DNA of 64,000 bases from Candidatus Latescibacterota bacterium (lineage in GTDB: Bacteria > Latescibacterota > UBA2968 > UBA8231). The notes under the pieces were generated by a model. That model was not told where the DNA came from. It did no database searches and was given only the letters and a program-made list of their open reading frames with translations. This document shows positions 45,572-58,431 of this stretch, piece after piece; within the stretch, counting starts at the first letter, position 1, and every line of letters begins with the position of its first letter. Where the stretch lies: NCBI GenBank assembly GCA_965221775.1, contig CBDCSU010000006.1, positions 1,760,001 to 1,824,000 of the forward strand, read 5' to 3'. A program made the position numbers and the translations under genes.

Positions 45572-46978
45572 ATGTCACAAGATCTCCAAGAGCGGTGGGC
45601 CCAGTGCCTGCTCGGCATCGAGCGAAGACTCCCCAGGGCACAAACGTTCGATACCTGGTTCCGTCGTACCACCGCTCGGCGCTTCGATGAGGATGTCCTG
45701 GAGATCGAAGTCCCCAGTTCCTATTTCGGCCACTTCGTTCAGGACAACTACCTGCCACTGATACAATCGGTGGTCGAGGAGGAAACGGGGCTGTGCCCCC
45801 GCGTCGCCTTCGCCGTCGTCGATGAGAGGACAGCGGCCCAGACGAAACCCCCCGGGACGCCTTCGTCCCAGGAGACCGAGCCCGAGGCCCCCGAGGAGGC
45901 CGTCGCCGCGGAGGCCATGGAAGACGCGGCGTCGCCCTTGCATATGCCGCTCAACGAGCGGTATGTGTTCGATGCCTTCGTCGTCGGCGAGGGCAATCGG
46001 CTCACCTACGCCGCCGCCCAAGCCGTCTCCCGATCACCGGGAAGTACACAGTTCAACCCTCTCGTCGTTCACGGGGGAGTGGGCCTCGGCAAGACCCACC
46101 TGTTGCAGGCTATCGGTCACCATCTGCTGGCGACTGAACCCTCCCTCAGGGTTGTCTACGTCACCGCCGAGAAGTTCCTGAGTGATTTCATCGAGTCCCT
46201 GCGGCAGCAGAAAACCACGGAATTCCAGCGGCTCTATCGTTCGGTAAACGTGCTGCTCGTCGACGACATTCAGTTTCTCATCCGCAGCGAGGGCACCCAG
46301 AACGAGTTCTTCCACACGTTCAATACCCTGCACCAGAACGGCCGTCAGATCGTCATGACCTGCGACGGCCCCCCGGGTGAGTTGAAAGGCCTGGAAGAGA
46401 GGCTCATCTCCCGCTTCCAGTGGGGCCTGGTCACGAGCATCGAGCCGCCAGACCTCGAAACGCGTATCGCAATTCTGCAGAAGAAGGCGGAGATCAACGG
46501 AATCCAGCTGCCCGAGGGGGTCGCCGGTTTCCTGGGCAACTACATCAGCTCGAACATCCGTGAACTCGAAGGTGCCCTGAACCATCTCATGGCCTATTGT
46601 GCCGTGAATCAGGTCGAGCTCAGCGTCGATGCCGCACGCAAAGTCGTCCAGCAGCGGAGTACTGCGGAAACCTCAAGACCTTCGATCGAAGGGATTCAGA
46701 AACGAGTCGCCGACCACTTCGATCTGACCCCCGAGCTCCTGACCGGCAAGACCCGGAAACGGGAGATAACCGGGCCCCGGCAGATCGCCATGTACCTGGT
46801 CAAACGCCATACCGGAAACCCCTTGAAGGTCATTGGACTGCACTTTGGAAACCGCGACCACAGCACGGTAATCCATGCTGTCCAGACGGTGGACAGGAAG
46901 TGCAGTCAGGACCCTGGTTTCGCCCAAGTGGTGGAGTCTCTCTCGGAACAGATACAGCGATCTGTCCAAGACGAGTAG
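45572..46978 (+). CDS. dnaA: Chromosomal replication initiator DnaA
   Basis: FNPL..HGGVGLGKTHLL, VDDIQF, EFFHTFN, SRFQWGL, NIRELEGAL, RQIAMYL, RDHSTVIHA. Confidence 0.98.
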   Translation: MSQDLQERWAQCLLGIERRLPRAQTFDTWFRRTTARRFDEDVLEIEVPSSYFGHFVQDNYLPLIQSVVEEETGLCPRVAFAVVDERTAAQTKPPGTPSSQETEPEAPEEAVAAEAMEDAASPLHMPLNERYVFDAFVVGEGNRLTYAAAQAVSRSPGSTQFNPLVVHGGVGLGKTHLLQAIGHHLLATEPSLRVVYVTAEKFLSDFIESLRQQKTTEFQRLYRSVNVLLVDDIQFLIRSEGTQNEFFHTFNTLHQNGRQIVMTCDGPPGELKGLEERLISRFQWGLVTSIEPPDLETRIAILQKKAEINGIQLPEGVAGFLGNYISSNIRELEGALNHLMAYCAVNQVELSVDAARKVVQQRSTAETSRPSIEGIQKRVADHFDLTPELLTGKTRKREITGPRQIAMYLVKRHTGNPLKVIGLHFGNRDHSTVIHAVQTVDRKCSQDPGFAQVVESLSEQIQRSVQDE

Positions 46979-47490
46979 CAGTTTTCCACAGAATAACTCC
47001 CAACATGTGTTGATAACAGGGTTTGGATGTGGATAATTCTGCCTTGGGAACGATTGAGCCGGGAGCAGTCCCCCTTTATGTGGGAAACCCGTCCTTCTAC
47101 CAACGGTGGAGTGCGACCGCTATTCGGCTCTCCTGCGGGATCGTATATAATTCAAAAACAATACCTTAGAGGAATTTTAGGAAATTTTCCCGGGTCGGAG
47201 TTATCGACCGTTCACACCGTAGTAGTAGTAGTAGGTATACAGTAATATATCCTCACTTCAGAAAATACACCGAGTACCCTGATGGTGAGGGATCATGGCG
47301 AGAGCCTCTGGTTGTCAGATTGACGCCCGACTAATCCTATACCTATATTATAGGTACCCCAAGGTACTGGTATAAGCGGACCAGGAGGGGCTCAAGTCCG
47401 TTTCTTGGGATTCTGTTTCCGTTCTTCGCGTTCCACCTCCAAACTCCCCCCTGGCTGCCATGTCGGGGCGCTTGACCTGCAGGAGGATCG
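46979..47490. other. Replication origin oriC (dnaA-dnaN intergenic)
   Basis: DnaA boxes TTTTCCACA (46982-46990), TGTTGATAA (47008-47016), TGTGGATAA (47028-47036) and TGTGGGAAA (47079-47087). AT-rich tracts and (GTA)5 at 47219-47233. Gene orientation switches nearby. Confidence 0.88.
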
Positions 47491-48651
47491 ATGAAGCTGA
47501 GTGTCGATCGAAATGAACTCTGGCGAGGGTTGAGTGCGGTCTTGGAGGCAGTTGCTTCCAAGCCGGCTCAGCCTGTTCTATCCAATGTGCTGTTGGACAG
47601 TCAAGAAGACCGCCTTGTTCTTTCGGCAACCGATTTGGATCTGTCGATCCGAACGAGGGTGATGGCAGAGGTCGAGACACCGGGGCGGGTCACCGTACCA
47701 GCCCGGACTCTGGCGGAGATTACGAGAGAGTGGCCCGAATCGCTGATCCATCTGGCGCTCGAGGACGGTCATCTGATACTCTCCGGAGCACTGGGAGCAG
47801 ATTCCGGGGGGGAAGGGCGCTACTCGCTCCCGGGGACTCCACCCGAGGAGTTTCCCGAGATGCCGGAGGATCTCCAGGGGCTGCGCCTTGCCTTTCGGAC
47901 GGACGCAGCGGTGGATGGAGCTCTCCTTCGAACGATGATCGAGAGGACCGGGTTCGCGGTCTCCCATGACGAAACCCGGCCGGTCCTCAACGGGGTTCTT
48001 TGGAGAATCGAGCCGGAGGTCATGACCATGGTCGCTACCGACGGTAGTCGATTGGCCGAGTTCCGGTGCACTCTGGAGGAAGGGACGGGAATCGAGGGCT
48101 CCGCCGAGGTGATCCTGCCACCACAGGTTTGCGGTCAGCTGGGAAGACTGTTGGAGAATCCGGAGAGCCCGGGTGAAGCGGTCCTCGGAGAAAGCCAGGT
48201 TCTGTTTCATGTGGACGAGACCCAACTGTTGTCCAGGCTCATAGAGGGACCGTATGTCGACTACGAGCAAGTCATCCCCCGGGAGAACGACAAGAGGCTG
48301 ACGGTTCCGGTGGACCGACTTCTTCCGGCGCTCAGACGGGTATCCATCCTATCGAGCTCGTACACGCACCAGGTGAGGGTGAGTCTTCGCGAGGGAGTCG
48401 TTGAACTTACTGCCTCGAGCCAGGAGATCGGCGGTGATGCCCGGGAGGTTCTGCCGGCAGACTACAGTGCCGATTCCATCGAGGTTGCATACAACGCGCA
48501 ATACATGATGGAGATCCTGCGCAAGATCGGTTCTGAAGAGGTCATCATCGACCTGCGGGACTCCGTTACCGCCGCCATCGTTCGTCCCGCCGAACAGCTG
48601 CAGGGAGAGGACTCCTACTACCTTCTCATGCCGATGCGCCCAAGCGGCTGA
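47491..48651 (+). CDS. dnaN: DNA polymerase III beta sliding clamp
   Basis: PVLSNVLL, ATDLDLSI, DETRPVLNGV, VATDGSRLA, SRLIEGPY, LLMPMR. AGGAGG RBS. Confidence 0.96.
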   Translation: MKLSVDRNELWRGLSAVLEAVASKPAQPVLSNVLLDSQEDRLVLSATDLDLSIRTRVMAEVETPGRVTVPARTLAEITREWPESLIHLALEDGHLILSGALGADSGGEGRYSLPGTPPEEFPEMPEDLQGLRLAFRTDAAVDGALLRTMIERTGFAVSHDETRPVLNGVLWRIEPEVMTMVATDGSRLAEFRCTLEEGTGIEGSAEVILPPQVCGQLGRLLENPESPGEAVLGESQVLFHVDETQLLSRLIEGPYVDYEQVIPRENDKRLTVPVDRLLPALRRVSILSSSYTHQVRVSLREGVVELTASSQEIGGDAREVLPADYSADSIEVAYNAQYMMEILRKIGSEEVIIDLRDSVTAAIVRPAEQLQGEDSYYLLMPMRPSG

Positions 48652-48665
48652 ACATCGCTCGGCCG

Positions 48666-49762
48666 GTGCGTATTCGCCGGCTCCGCTTGGAGCCCTACAG
48701 GAATTTCCCACGTCTCGAATTGGATCTGGACCACGAGGCATGCCTGATCATTGCCGATAACGGTCGGGGAAAGAGCAACATCCTTGAGTCGATCTCCTAT
48801 CTGTCCATCGGCAAATCTATCCGCGGGGCTCGCGACCAGGAGGTGGTCCCCCACAAGACGGGTCATTTCGACATCCGGAGTGTCTGGGATGACGGCTCTC
48901 GAGATCGTCAAGTCCGGATGTTCTACAGCACCGCCGAGGGCAAGCACGCCTTTCTCGATGGAGTCGACCTGCCCCGTGTCTCGGATCTGGTCAGCCAGCT
49001 TTGCACCGTGCACTTCGCGCCCGAAGATGTCTCTCTCGTCCTTCAGTTCGCGTCACAGCGTCGTCGCCTCCTTGATATCCTCCTGTCGCAAGCGTGTCCC
49101 GAGTACCTCCAGAGCTTGCAGCGCTACAACCGCGCCCTCACGCAGCGGAACCACTATCTGCGCCGCCTGGCGGGCCGGCGGTCCGACCCGGCCGAACGCC
49201 GGGTGTGGGGAAAGCAATTGGCGGCGCCGGGGGGGACGATCCGCCGTCTTCGCCTTGAGACCCTGGTTCGGATGACGCCGGTATTCGTGCGGTGCTACGA
49301 GACCTTCAGTACCGGCCAGGAGCAGACCGGGATCAGCTATCGCTCCGAGCCGGTGCCGACGTCGGTCGAGGAGATCCCTCCGGCCGAGGTGCTCGAGCAG
49401 GGTCTGCAGGCCGAACTCGAGGCCGACCCGATTCGAGAGGAGCGGGCCGGGCACACCTTGTGCGGCCCCCACCGCGACTCCCTGAGCTTCACCCTCGCCG
49501 GGGCTGCTGCTGATACATACGGCTCCCAAGGACAGCTGAAGAGTCTGCTGCTCTCATGGAAGATGGCCGAGGCGCGGTTCCTCGAGGAGCGGAGCGGTAG
49601 CCAGCCGGTCCTACTGCTGGACGATGTGTTCTCCGAGCTCGACGAGAGCCGTTCCCGGCAGCTGCTGTCCCTGACCGAAGGCTTCGAGCAGGTCATCCTG
49701 ACGGCGGCGAGGCTCCCTGGCGAGGAAGTGGGGGATCGCTTCGAGCGGATCGAGATCGCCGC

Positions 49763-49766
<4 letters not shown>
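48666..49766 (+). CDS. recF: DNA replication/repair protein RecF
   Basis: YRN, NGRGKSNILES, QRRRLLD, GPHRD, GSQGQ, LLLDDVFSELD. Confidence 0.95.
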
Positions 49767-52119
<2,353 letters not shown>

Positions 52120-52177
52120 CCCGCGGGGCGGGGAGTGCCCGCCCATCGCTTCCTCCAGCCACCAGACCCCAGACCGA

Positions 52178-54652
52178 ATGCCAGAACCACGCGACCCCCG
52201 CATCATCCCGGTGAAAATCGAGGAGGAGCTGAAGACCTCCTTCCTCGACTACGCCATGAGCGCCATCACGGCCCGGGCCCTGCCGGACGTGCGCGACGGC
52301 CTGAAGCCGTCCCAGCGCCGCATCCTGGTGGCCATGAACGACCTCAACCTGGCCCCGGGCCGCGGCTTCCGGAAGTGCGCCAAGATCTCCGGCGACACCT
52401 CCGGCAACTACCATCCACACGGGGACGAGGGCGTGTACGCCACCCTCGTGCACCTGGCGCAGGACTTCCGGCTGCGGTACCCCCTCGTCGACGGCCAGGG
52501 CAACTTCGGATCCATCGACGGTTACCCCCCGGCGGCCATGCGCTACACCGAGGCGCGCATGACGTCGGCCACCGTCGAGATGCTCGCGGAGCTCGACCGC
52601 GATACCGTCGACATGGTCGACAACTACGACGAGACGCGCACCGAGCCCTCCGTCCTGCCGTCCCGGTTCCCAAACCTGCTGTGCAATGGATCGGTGGGCA
52701 TCTCCGTGGCCTACGCCACCAAGATCCCACCGCACAACGTCACGGAGGTCTGCGACGCCCTCACGGCGCTGATCGACGATCCGGAGATGACCATCGACGC
52801 CTTGATGGAGCACATCAAGGCCCCCGACTTCCCCACCGGCGGGGTGATTCACGGCATGGCCGGCGTTCGCCGCGCCTACCGGACGGGCCAGGGGATCGTC
52901 CAGCTCCGAGCGCGCACGCACGTGGAGGAGCAGCGCGACGGCAGGGAGCGGATCATCGTCACCGAGATCCCCTTCCTCGTCGACAAGTCGACGCTGCTGG
53001 AGAAGATGGCCGATCTCGTGCGCAACAAGGTGGTGGAGGATATCTCCAACCTGCGCGACGAGTCGGGCAGGGACGGGCTGCGCATCGTGATCGAGCTGAA
53101 GCGCGGCGCCCAGAGCGAAGTCGTCCTCAACCAGTTGTTCAGCCACTCCATGTTGCAGCAGAACTTCGGGGTCAATGCCATCGCCATCGTCGACGGCCGG
53201 CCCAAGACGCTCAACCTGAAGAGGCTGTGCGAGCACTACCTCGCCCACCGCCACGAGGTCGTGCTGCGGCGCACCCGGTTCGACCTGTCCAGGGCCGAGG
53301 CGCGCGCCCATCTCCTGGAGGGCCTGCGCGTGGCCCTCGACAATATCGACGCGGTCATCGAGTTGATCCGCAGCTCGGCGGACCCCGGGGAGGCGCGCGG
53401 GCGGCTCATGGCGGGCTTTGCGCTTTCCGAGATCCAGGCGAGCGCCATCCTGTCCATGCCGCTCCAGCGGCTCACCGGACTGGAGCGGGACAAGATCGAG
53501 GCCGAGTACCAGGAGTTGCAGGAAGCGATCGGGCACTTCCGGGCCGTTCTCGACAGCCGCGACCTGCAGATGGGCATCCTCAAGGAGGAGCTGTCAGAGG
53601 TCCGGGAGCGCTTCGGTGACGATCGGCGCACCGAGATCGTCTACTCCGCGGAGGAATTCGACGTGGAGGATCTCATCCCTCGAGAGGACATGGTGGTGAC
53701 CATTTCCCGGGAGGGCTACGTCAAGCGCATGTCCCCGAGCTCCTACCGCACCCAGCACCGGGGGGGAAGGGGCGTCACCGGCATGCGGACCAAGGAAGAG
53801 GACTTCGTGGAGCGGCTGTTCATCGCCTCCACGCACTCCTACATCCTGTTCCTCACGGCTCGCGGGCAGTGCCATTGGCTCAAGGTCTACCGCATCCCCG
53901 AAGGGGAGCGGACCGCCCGGGGACGGCCGCTGGTCAACCTGCTGCAACTGGACCCGGGGGACGAGGTGCGCGCCGTGGTCCCGGTGGATGAGTTCACCGA
54001 GGACCGGTTCCTGTTCACGGCAACCCGGAAGGGCGTGGTGAAGAAGACGGTCCTGTCCGCGTACGGCAACGTGCGCCGGGACGGGATCATCGCCCTGAAG
54101 ATCCAGGACGACGACGACCTGATCGGCGCAGGCCTGGTGGAGTCAGGGCAGGACGTGCTGCTGGCTACGCGGCAGGGCATGGCCGTGCGGTTCTCCGAGA
54201 AGGATGTCCGAGCCATGGGGCGGGTCTCCACGGGGGTTAAGGGCATCGACCTGAGGGGCGCCGACGAGGTGGTGGAGATGGTTGTTCTGGGCGATCGGGG
54301 AACCGTCCTCACGGTCAGTGAGAACGGTTACGGCAAGCGCACGGAGTGCTCGGAGTACCCGCGGCGCCGCCGGGGCGGCATGGGGGTGATCGACATCAAG
54401 ACCAGCGACCGCAACGGCGCCGTCGTGTCCTGCAAGCAGGTCGACGACGACGACGAGGTGATGGTGATCACCCAGCAGGGGATCATGATCCGGGTGCCCG
54501 TGCAGGGGATCTCCTGCATCGGTCGGAACACCCAGGGAGTGCGGGTGATCAGCGTCGACGATGGAGACCGGGTCATCGACATGACCCGCATCGTCGGCGA
54601 GGAGGCGGAAGGCGGCAACGCTGAAGAAGGGGGCAACGGCCAGCTCGGATGA
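52178..54652 (+). CDS. gyrA: DNA gyrase subunit A
   Basis: RALPDVRDGLKP, YHPHGD, AAMRYTEAR (catalytic Tyr), GyrA-box QHRGGRG, beta-pinwheel CTD. Confidence 0.97.
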   Translation: MPEPRDPRIIPVKIEEELKTSFLDYAMSAITARALPDVRDGLKPSQRRILVAMNDLNLAPGRGFRKCAKISGDTSGNYHPHGDEGVYATLVHLAQDFRLRYPLVDGQGNFGSIDGYPPAAMRYTEARMTSATVEMLAELDRDTVDMVDNYDETRTEPSVLPSRFPNLLCNGSVGISVAYATKIPPHNVTEVCDALTALIDDPEMTIDALMEHIKAPDFPTGGVIHGMAGVRRAYRTGQGIVQLRARTHVEEQRDGRERIIVTEIPFLVDKSTLLEKMADLVRNKVVEDISNLRDESGRDGLRIVIELKRGAQSEVVLNQLFSHSMLQQNFGVNAIAIVDGRPKTLNLKRLCEHYLAHRHEVVLRRTRFDLSRAEARAHLLEGLRVALDNIDAVIELIRSSADPGEARGRLMAGFALSEIQASAILSMPLQRLTGLERDKIEAEYQELQEAIGHFRAVLDSRDLQMGILKEELSEVRERFGDDRRTEIVYSAEEFDVEDLIPREDMVVTISREGYVKRMSPSSYRTQHRGGRGVTGMRTKEEDFVERLFIASTHSYILFLTARGQCHWLKVYRIPEGERTARGRPLVNLLQLDPGDEVRAVVPVDEFTEDRFLFTATRKGVVKKTVLSAYGNVRRDGIIALKIQDDDDLIGAGLVESGQDVLLATRQGMAVRFSEKDVRAMGRVSTGVKGIDLRGADEVVEMVVLGDRGTVLTVSENGYGKRTECSEYPRRRRGGMGVIDIKTSDRNGAVVSCKQVDDDDEVMVITQQGIMIRVPVQGISCIGRNTQGVRVISVDDGDRVIDMTRIVGEEAEGGNAEEGGNGQLG

Positions 54653-54704
54653 GGCTGGCCCTGCGGCAGCTGGCCCTGGGCCTATCTCCTTGTAAATAAA
54701 GCGG

Positions 54705-54733
54705 TTGACGTTAGAAACCCGGGGTTGTATATT
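54705..54733 (+). promoter_or_regulatory. sigma70-type promoter of the tRNA cluster
   Basis: TTGACG-N17-TATATT, with an A/T-rich UP-like tract upstream and a GC-rich discriminator downstream. Confidence 0.75.
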
Positions 54734-54766
54734 CCTCCCGCGTTGCCGGCCGGGGGCTATGCCTGT

Positions 54767-54853
54767 GGAGGGCTAGACCTAATTGGTAAGGCAGCGGTCT
54801 TGAAAACCGCCGGGTTCACACCCTTGAGGGTTCGAGTCCCTCGCCCTCCGCCA
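54767..54853 (+). tRNA. tRNA-Ser(TGA)
   Basis: GGAGGGC/GCCCTCC acceptor, GCGGT-CTTGAAA-ACCGC anticodon arm, long variable arm, G-CCA end. Confidence 0.96.
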
Positions 54854-54878
54854 GAAACGACTGCGGTTCGTGCGCCTT

Positions 54879-54970
<92 letters not shown>

Positions 54971-54983
54971 GATCTCTCAGTGA

Positions 54984-55057
54984 TGCCCTCTCGTTCAATG
55001 GTAGGACACATGACTCTGGATCATGTTATCGGGGTTCGAATCCCTGGGGGGCAGCCA
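54984..55057 (+). tRNA. tRNA-Gln(CTG)
   Basis: TGCCCTC/GGGGGCA acceptor, CATGA-CTCTGGA-TCATG anticodon arm, G-CCA end. Confidence 0.96.
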
Positions 55058-55083
55058 TCGGCGTCACGTTCGTGACGCTCTTC

Positions 55084-55123
55084 AGCGTCCCCGGAGCCGC
55101 TCGCTCCGGGGACGCTTCCATTT
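55084..55123 (+). terminator. Terminator-like hairpin after the tRNA cluster
   Basis: 14-bp perfect stem AGCGTCCCCGGAGC/GCTCCGGGGACGCT followed by TCCATTT (weak U-tract). A second hairpin GCGTCAC/GTGACGC lies at 55061-55078. Confidence 0.6.
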
Positions 55124-55127
55124 CGGA

Positions 55128-56261
55128 TTGACAGGCCGGCGCAACGAAACCCTCCTGGCGTGGGCGCTGATGTCCCCGGCGCTGCTCGTGCTGGGGCTGT
55201 TCGGGCTCTTCCCGATCGGCTATGCCCTGTTCGTCAGTCTGCACCGGTGGAGGATCAAGCGGGAGGCTTTCGTCGGGTGGCGGCACTATGAGCGTGCCCT
55301 CGGTGAGCCTCAGTGGATCCTGTGCGCCGTGGCCGGGCTGGCCATCCTGTGGTGCGCCCTGCGTCTGTGGGCCCCGGACCCGCCGGGCCGTCGCCGGGTC
55401 TCTCCGGTGGCAAGGGGCCTCGCCCTGGCGGCGGGGGGGATGTCCCTGCTCGTCGGGCTCCTCGGCTTGTGCGCCAACGGCGACACCCGTCTGATCAACG
55501 CGGTCAAGATCACGGCCTTCTACGCTCTCGGCACGATCCCCTTCGAAGTCGCCGGGGCGATGCTGCTGGCCTACCTGCTGTTCCGGATCCTCACGGCACG
55601 CGGGTTCCTGCGCGTCCTGTTCTTCCTGCCCTACATCACCCCGATGATCGCCACGGCGGTCGTCTTCCGCACGATCTTCAGCCCCAATCCCGGGTCGCTT
55701 GCCAATCGGATCTGGCAGAGTCTGGGCGGCTCGGACCAGGGCTGGCTGTACGAAAGCCGCAGCCTCGCCGCCCTGCTCCTAGGAGCCCTGGGCGCGCCCT
55801 CCTATCCGGCGTGGCTGGATGTGGCCTTCCCCAGCCTGGCCCTCGTCTGCGTATGTCTGTACAACGTTTGGGTATACATCGGCTATGACACCGTGATCCT
55901 GCTGGCGGGCCTGAGCGCGATCCCACGGCACTACTTCGAAGCGGCGGAGATCGACGGCGCCAGTTCCTGGCAGACCTTCCGCCACGTCACCCTGCCCCTG
56001 CTGTCTCCAGCTCTGTTCTTCGTCAGCCTCATCGCCGTCATCGGCACTTTCAAGGCCTTCAACCACATCTACATCATGCGCACCGCCGGGGCCCAGGACA
56101 CGGTGGACGTGGTCAGCATTCTGATCTTTGACCAGATCTACCAGTTTCACAACGCCGGCTATGCCTCGACCCTGGCCCTCGTCCTGTTCGTCGTCATCCT
56201 GGCCCTCACGCTTTTCCAGAATCGGCTGCTCGGACGCCGCGTGTTCTACGGAGAGAACTGA
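55128..56261 (+). CDS. Carbohydrate ABC transporter permease (UgpA/MalF-like)
   Basis: LRVLFFLPYITP, EAA loop YFEAAEIDGASSWQTFRHVTLPLL. TTG start at 55128 is inferred because the track ORF runs into the tRNA. Confidence 0.9.
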   Translation: MTGRRNETLLAWALMSPALLVLGLFGLFPIGYALFVSLHRWRIKREAFVGWRHYERALGEPQWILCAVAGLAILWCALRLWAPDPPGRRRVSPVARGLALAAGGMSLLVGLLGLCANGDTRLINAVKITAFYALGTIPFEVAGAMLLAYLLFRILTARGFLRVLFFLPYITPMIATAVVFRTIFSPNPGSLANRIWQSLGGSDQGWLYESRSLAALLLGALGAPSYPAWLDVAFPSLALVCVCLYNVWVYIGYDTVILLAGLSAIPRHYFEAAEIDGASSWQTFRHVTLPLLSPALFFVSLIAVIGTFKAFNHIYIMRTAGAQDTVDVVSILIFDQIYQFHNAGYASTLALVLFVVILALTLFQNRLLGRRVFYGEN

Positions 56262-56302
56262 TCGCTGCCACAGCCGGACAGTACCGCCGGTTTTCCGGCC
56301 CT

Positions 56303-57112
56303 TTGACCACCGCCAGCCTGATCATGGCGGGCGTGCTGGCCGCCCTCCCCTTCGTGTGGATGGTCCTGTCCTCCTTCATGACGCGGGGCGAGACCTTGCG
56401 CCGGGCCGCCCTGCCGGCATCGCTGCAATGGGCGAACTACGCCGTGGCCTGGAGCGAGGAGGACTTCGGTCTATATTTCGTCAATTCCGCGATTATCTCG
56501 GGCCTGGTGGTCGGCGGCACTCTGCTGTTCTCGCTGATGGCTGCCTACCCCTTGGCCCGCATTCGATTCCCCGGCCGCGAGGCGATCTTCGTCGTCATCC
56601 TGGCGACTCTCATGGTGCCGGAGACGGTGACCATGGTGCCGAACTTCCTCACCGTTTCGTGGCTGCACCGGGTCAGCGCGGTGCCTTGGCTCAACAATTG
56701 GCCCGCCCTGACGATTCCCTTCATGACCAGCGCCTTCAGTGTCTTCCTGCTGCGTCAGTTCATGCGCGGGATCCCCGGTGACTTGTGGGAGGCCGCCCGC
56801 ATCGACGGCGCCGGCCACCTGCGCTTTCTGTTTCAGGTGGTGTTGCCCCTGTGCCGGGCCCCCCTGTTGACGGTGGGGATGCTCGCCTTCATCGGCTCGT
56901 GGAACGCCCTCGGCTGGCCGCTGCTGGTGACCAACACCCCGGCATGGCGGCCGATCGCGGTGGGCCTGCAGAAGTTCGTCACCGAGGCCGGCCCGGAGGT
57001 CCACCTGCAGATGGCGGGCGCGGTGATCGCCACGGTGCCCGTCCTGGTGGTCTACGCGCTGGTTCAGAAGGAGTTCACCGAGGGGATCTCCATGTCAGGG
57101 ATGAAGGGATGA
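56303..57112 (+). CDS. Carbohydrate ABC transporter permease (UgpE/MalG-like)
   Basis: PFVWMVLSSF, FLLRQF..IP.DLWEAARIDGAG, FIGSWN..WPL. Confidence 0.92.
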   Translation: MTTASLIMAGVLAALPFVWMVLSSFMTRGETLRRAALPASLQWANYAVAWSEEDFGLYFVNSAIISGLVVGGTLLFSLMAAYPLARIRFPGREAIFVVILATLMVPETVTMVPNFLTVSWLHRVSAVPWLNNWPALTIPFMTSAFSVFLLRQFMRGIPGDLWEAARIDGAGHLRFLFQVVLPLCRAPLLTVGMLAFIGSWNALGWPLLVTNTPAWRPIAVGLQKFVTEAGPEVHLQMAGAVIATVPVLVVYALVQKEFTEGISMSGMKG

Positions 57113-58428
57113 AGCCGACGCACCGCAGATGGTGGATGGTGGCGGTGGCGGGGCTCGCCGCGGGATGCGGCGGCGGGGACGCGCCGGCTCCGGCGGTCGA
57201 CGTGGAGTCGGTCGACCCGCAGGGCCAGGAGGTCGTGTTCTGGTACCAGCACCAGAGGGCACGCGAGCGGGCGCTGAAAGAGATGATCGCCGACTTCAAC
57301 GGGACGAATCCGCACGGAATCCGAGTGCGCGGCGAGTTCGCCGGAAGCTACGGCGACATCTACAACAAGATGGTGGTGGGACTGCAGGGCGGAAACGTGG
57401 CGGACCTCGTGGTGGCCTATCAGAATCAGGCGAGGGAATACCTGCTGGCCGACGGCATCGTCGACCTGATCCCGTACATGACCTCCCCGAGATGGGGGCT
57501 GAGCCAGGCGGCGGCGGCCGACTACGTGGGTGCCTTCCTGCACCAGGACCGCATTGGAGGCCGGCAGATCGCCCTGCCGCCCAACCGCTCGATCGAGGTC
57601 CTCTACTACAACATGGACTGGCTGCGGGAGCTCGGAGCCCCCGGGCCACCGGCGACGTGGGAGGAGTTCGCCCGGATGTGCCGCGCCGCACGGGACCAGC
57701 CCTTCAGCGGCAACCCCGCCGGTGTTCGCAGTCTCGGATTCGTCCTCGAGGAAGATGCGTCCCGGGCCGCGTCGATGACCTTTTCCCGCGGGGGGGATTT
57801 CCTCGATCCCGCGGGCACCTCGTACCGGCTGGACACCCCCGAGATGACCGCCTCCCTGCGGCTGATGCAGGAGCTGGCCACGGAGGGGGCCGTGGCGCTG
57901 ATGGGGGAGGCCTACGGAGATCAGACGGCCTTCAACATCGGCGAGGCACTGTTCATGCTTCGCTCCACCTCGGGGCTGCCCTTCGTGCAGGAGGGAGTGG
58001 CCTCCGGCGCGGACTTCGACTGGGGAGTGGCGGCGCCGCCCCAGGCGGGGCCGGAGCCCGTGGTCAATTTCTACGGCGCCAGCATTTCCGTCTGCCGCAC
58101 GACACCCGAGCGCCAGCTGGCCGCCTGGCTCTTTCTGAAGTGGTTCACCGAGCCGCCGCAGCAGGCCCGTTGGGTGAAGGCGAGCAACTACTTCCCCGCC
58201 CGCAGGAGCACCCGGCGGCTGCTGGCGGACTACCTCGAGCAGAATCCCAGGTACGCCAGCGCCTACCGGCTGCTCGAATACGGCAAGGCGGAGCCGTCCC
58301 TGCCCGGATACGAGGCGGTGCGCCGGCTGATCAGCAGGGCCGTGGTAAAGGCGCTTCAAGGGGCCGATGTGGAGAGCACCCTGAGCCGCCTGCAGCAGGA
58401 AGCCCAGGCAACCCTGCAAGACTACTGA
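57109..58428 (+). CDS. ABC transporter substrate-binding lipoprotein (UgpB-like)
   Basis: Lipobox LAAGC, LPPNRS.EVLYYN.D.L, PPATWEEF, AAWLFLKW. ATGA overlap with the upstream permease. Confidence 0.9.
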   Translation: MKPTHRRWWMVAVAGLAAGCGGGDAPAPAVDVESVDPQGQEVVFWYQHQRARERALKEMIADFNGTNPHGIRVRGEFAGSYGDIYNKMVVGLQGGNVADLVVAYQNQAREYLLADGIVDLIPYMTSPRWGLSQAAAADYVGAFLHQDRIGGRQIALPPNRSIEVLYYNMDWLRELGAPGPPATWEEFARMCRAARDQPFSGNPAGVRSLGFVLEEDASRAASMTFSRGGDFLDPAGTSYRLDTPEMTASLRLMQELATEGAVALMGEAYGDQTAFNIGEALFMLRSTSGLPFVQEGVASGADFDWGVAAPPQAGPEPVVNFYGASISVCRTTPERQLAAWLFLKWFTEPPQQARWVKASNYFPARRSTRRLLADYLEQNPRYASAYRLLEYGKAEPSLPGYEAVRRLISRAVVKALQGADVESTLSRLQQEAQATLQDY

Positions 58429-58431
58429 CAG

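Noticed and set aside
47219-47234. (GTA)5 as a microsatellite or phase-variation tract
   Set aside because: It is intergenic within oriC beside DnaA-box-like sites and is better explained as DnaA-trios.
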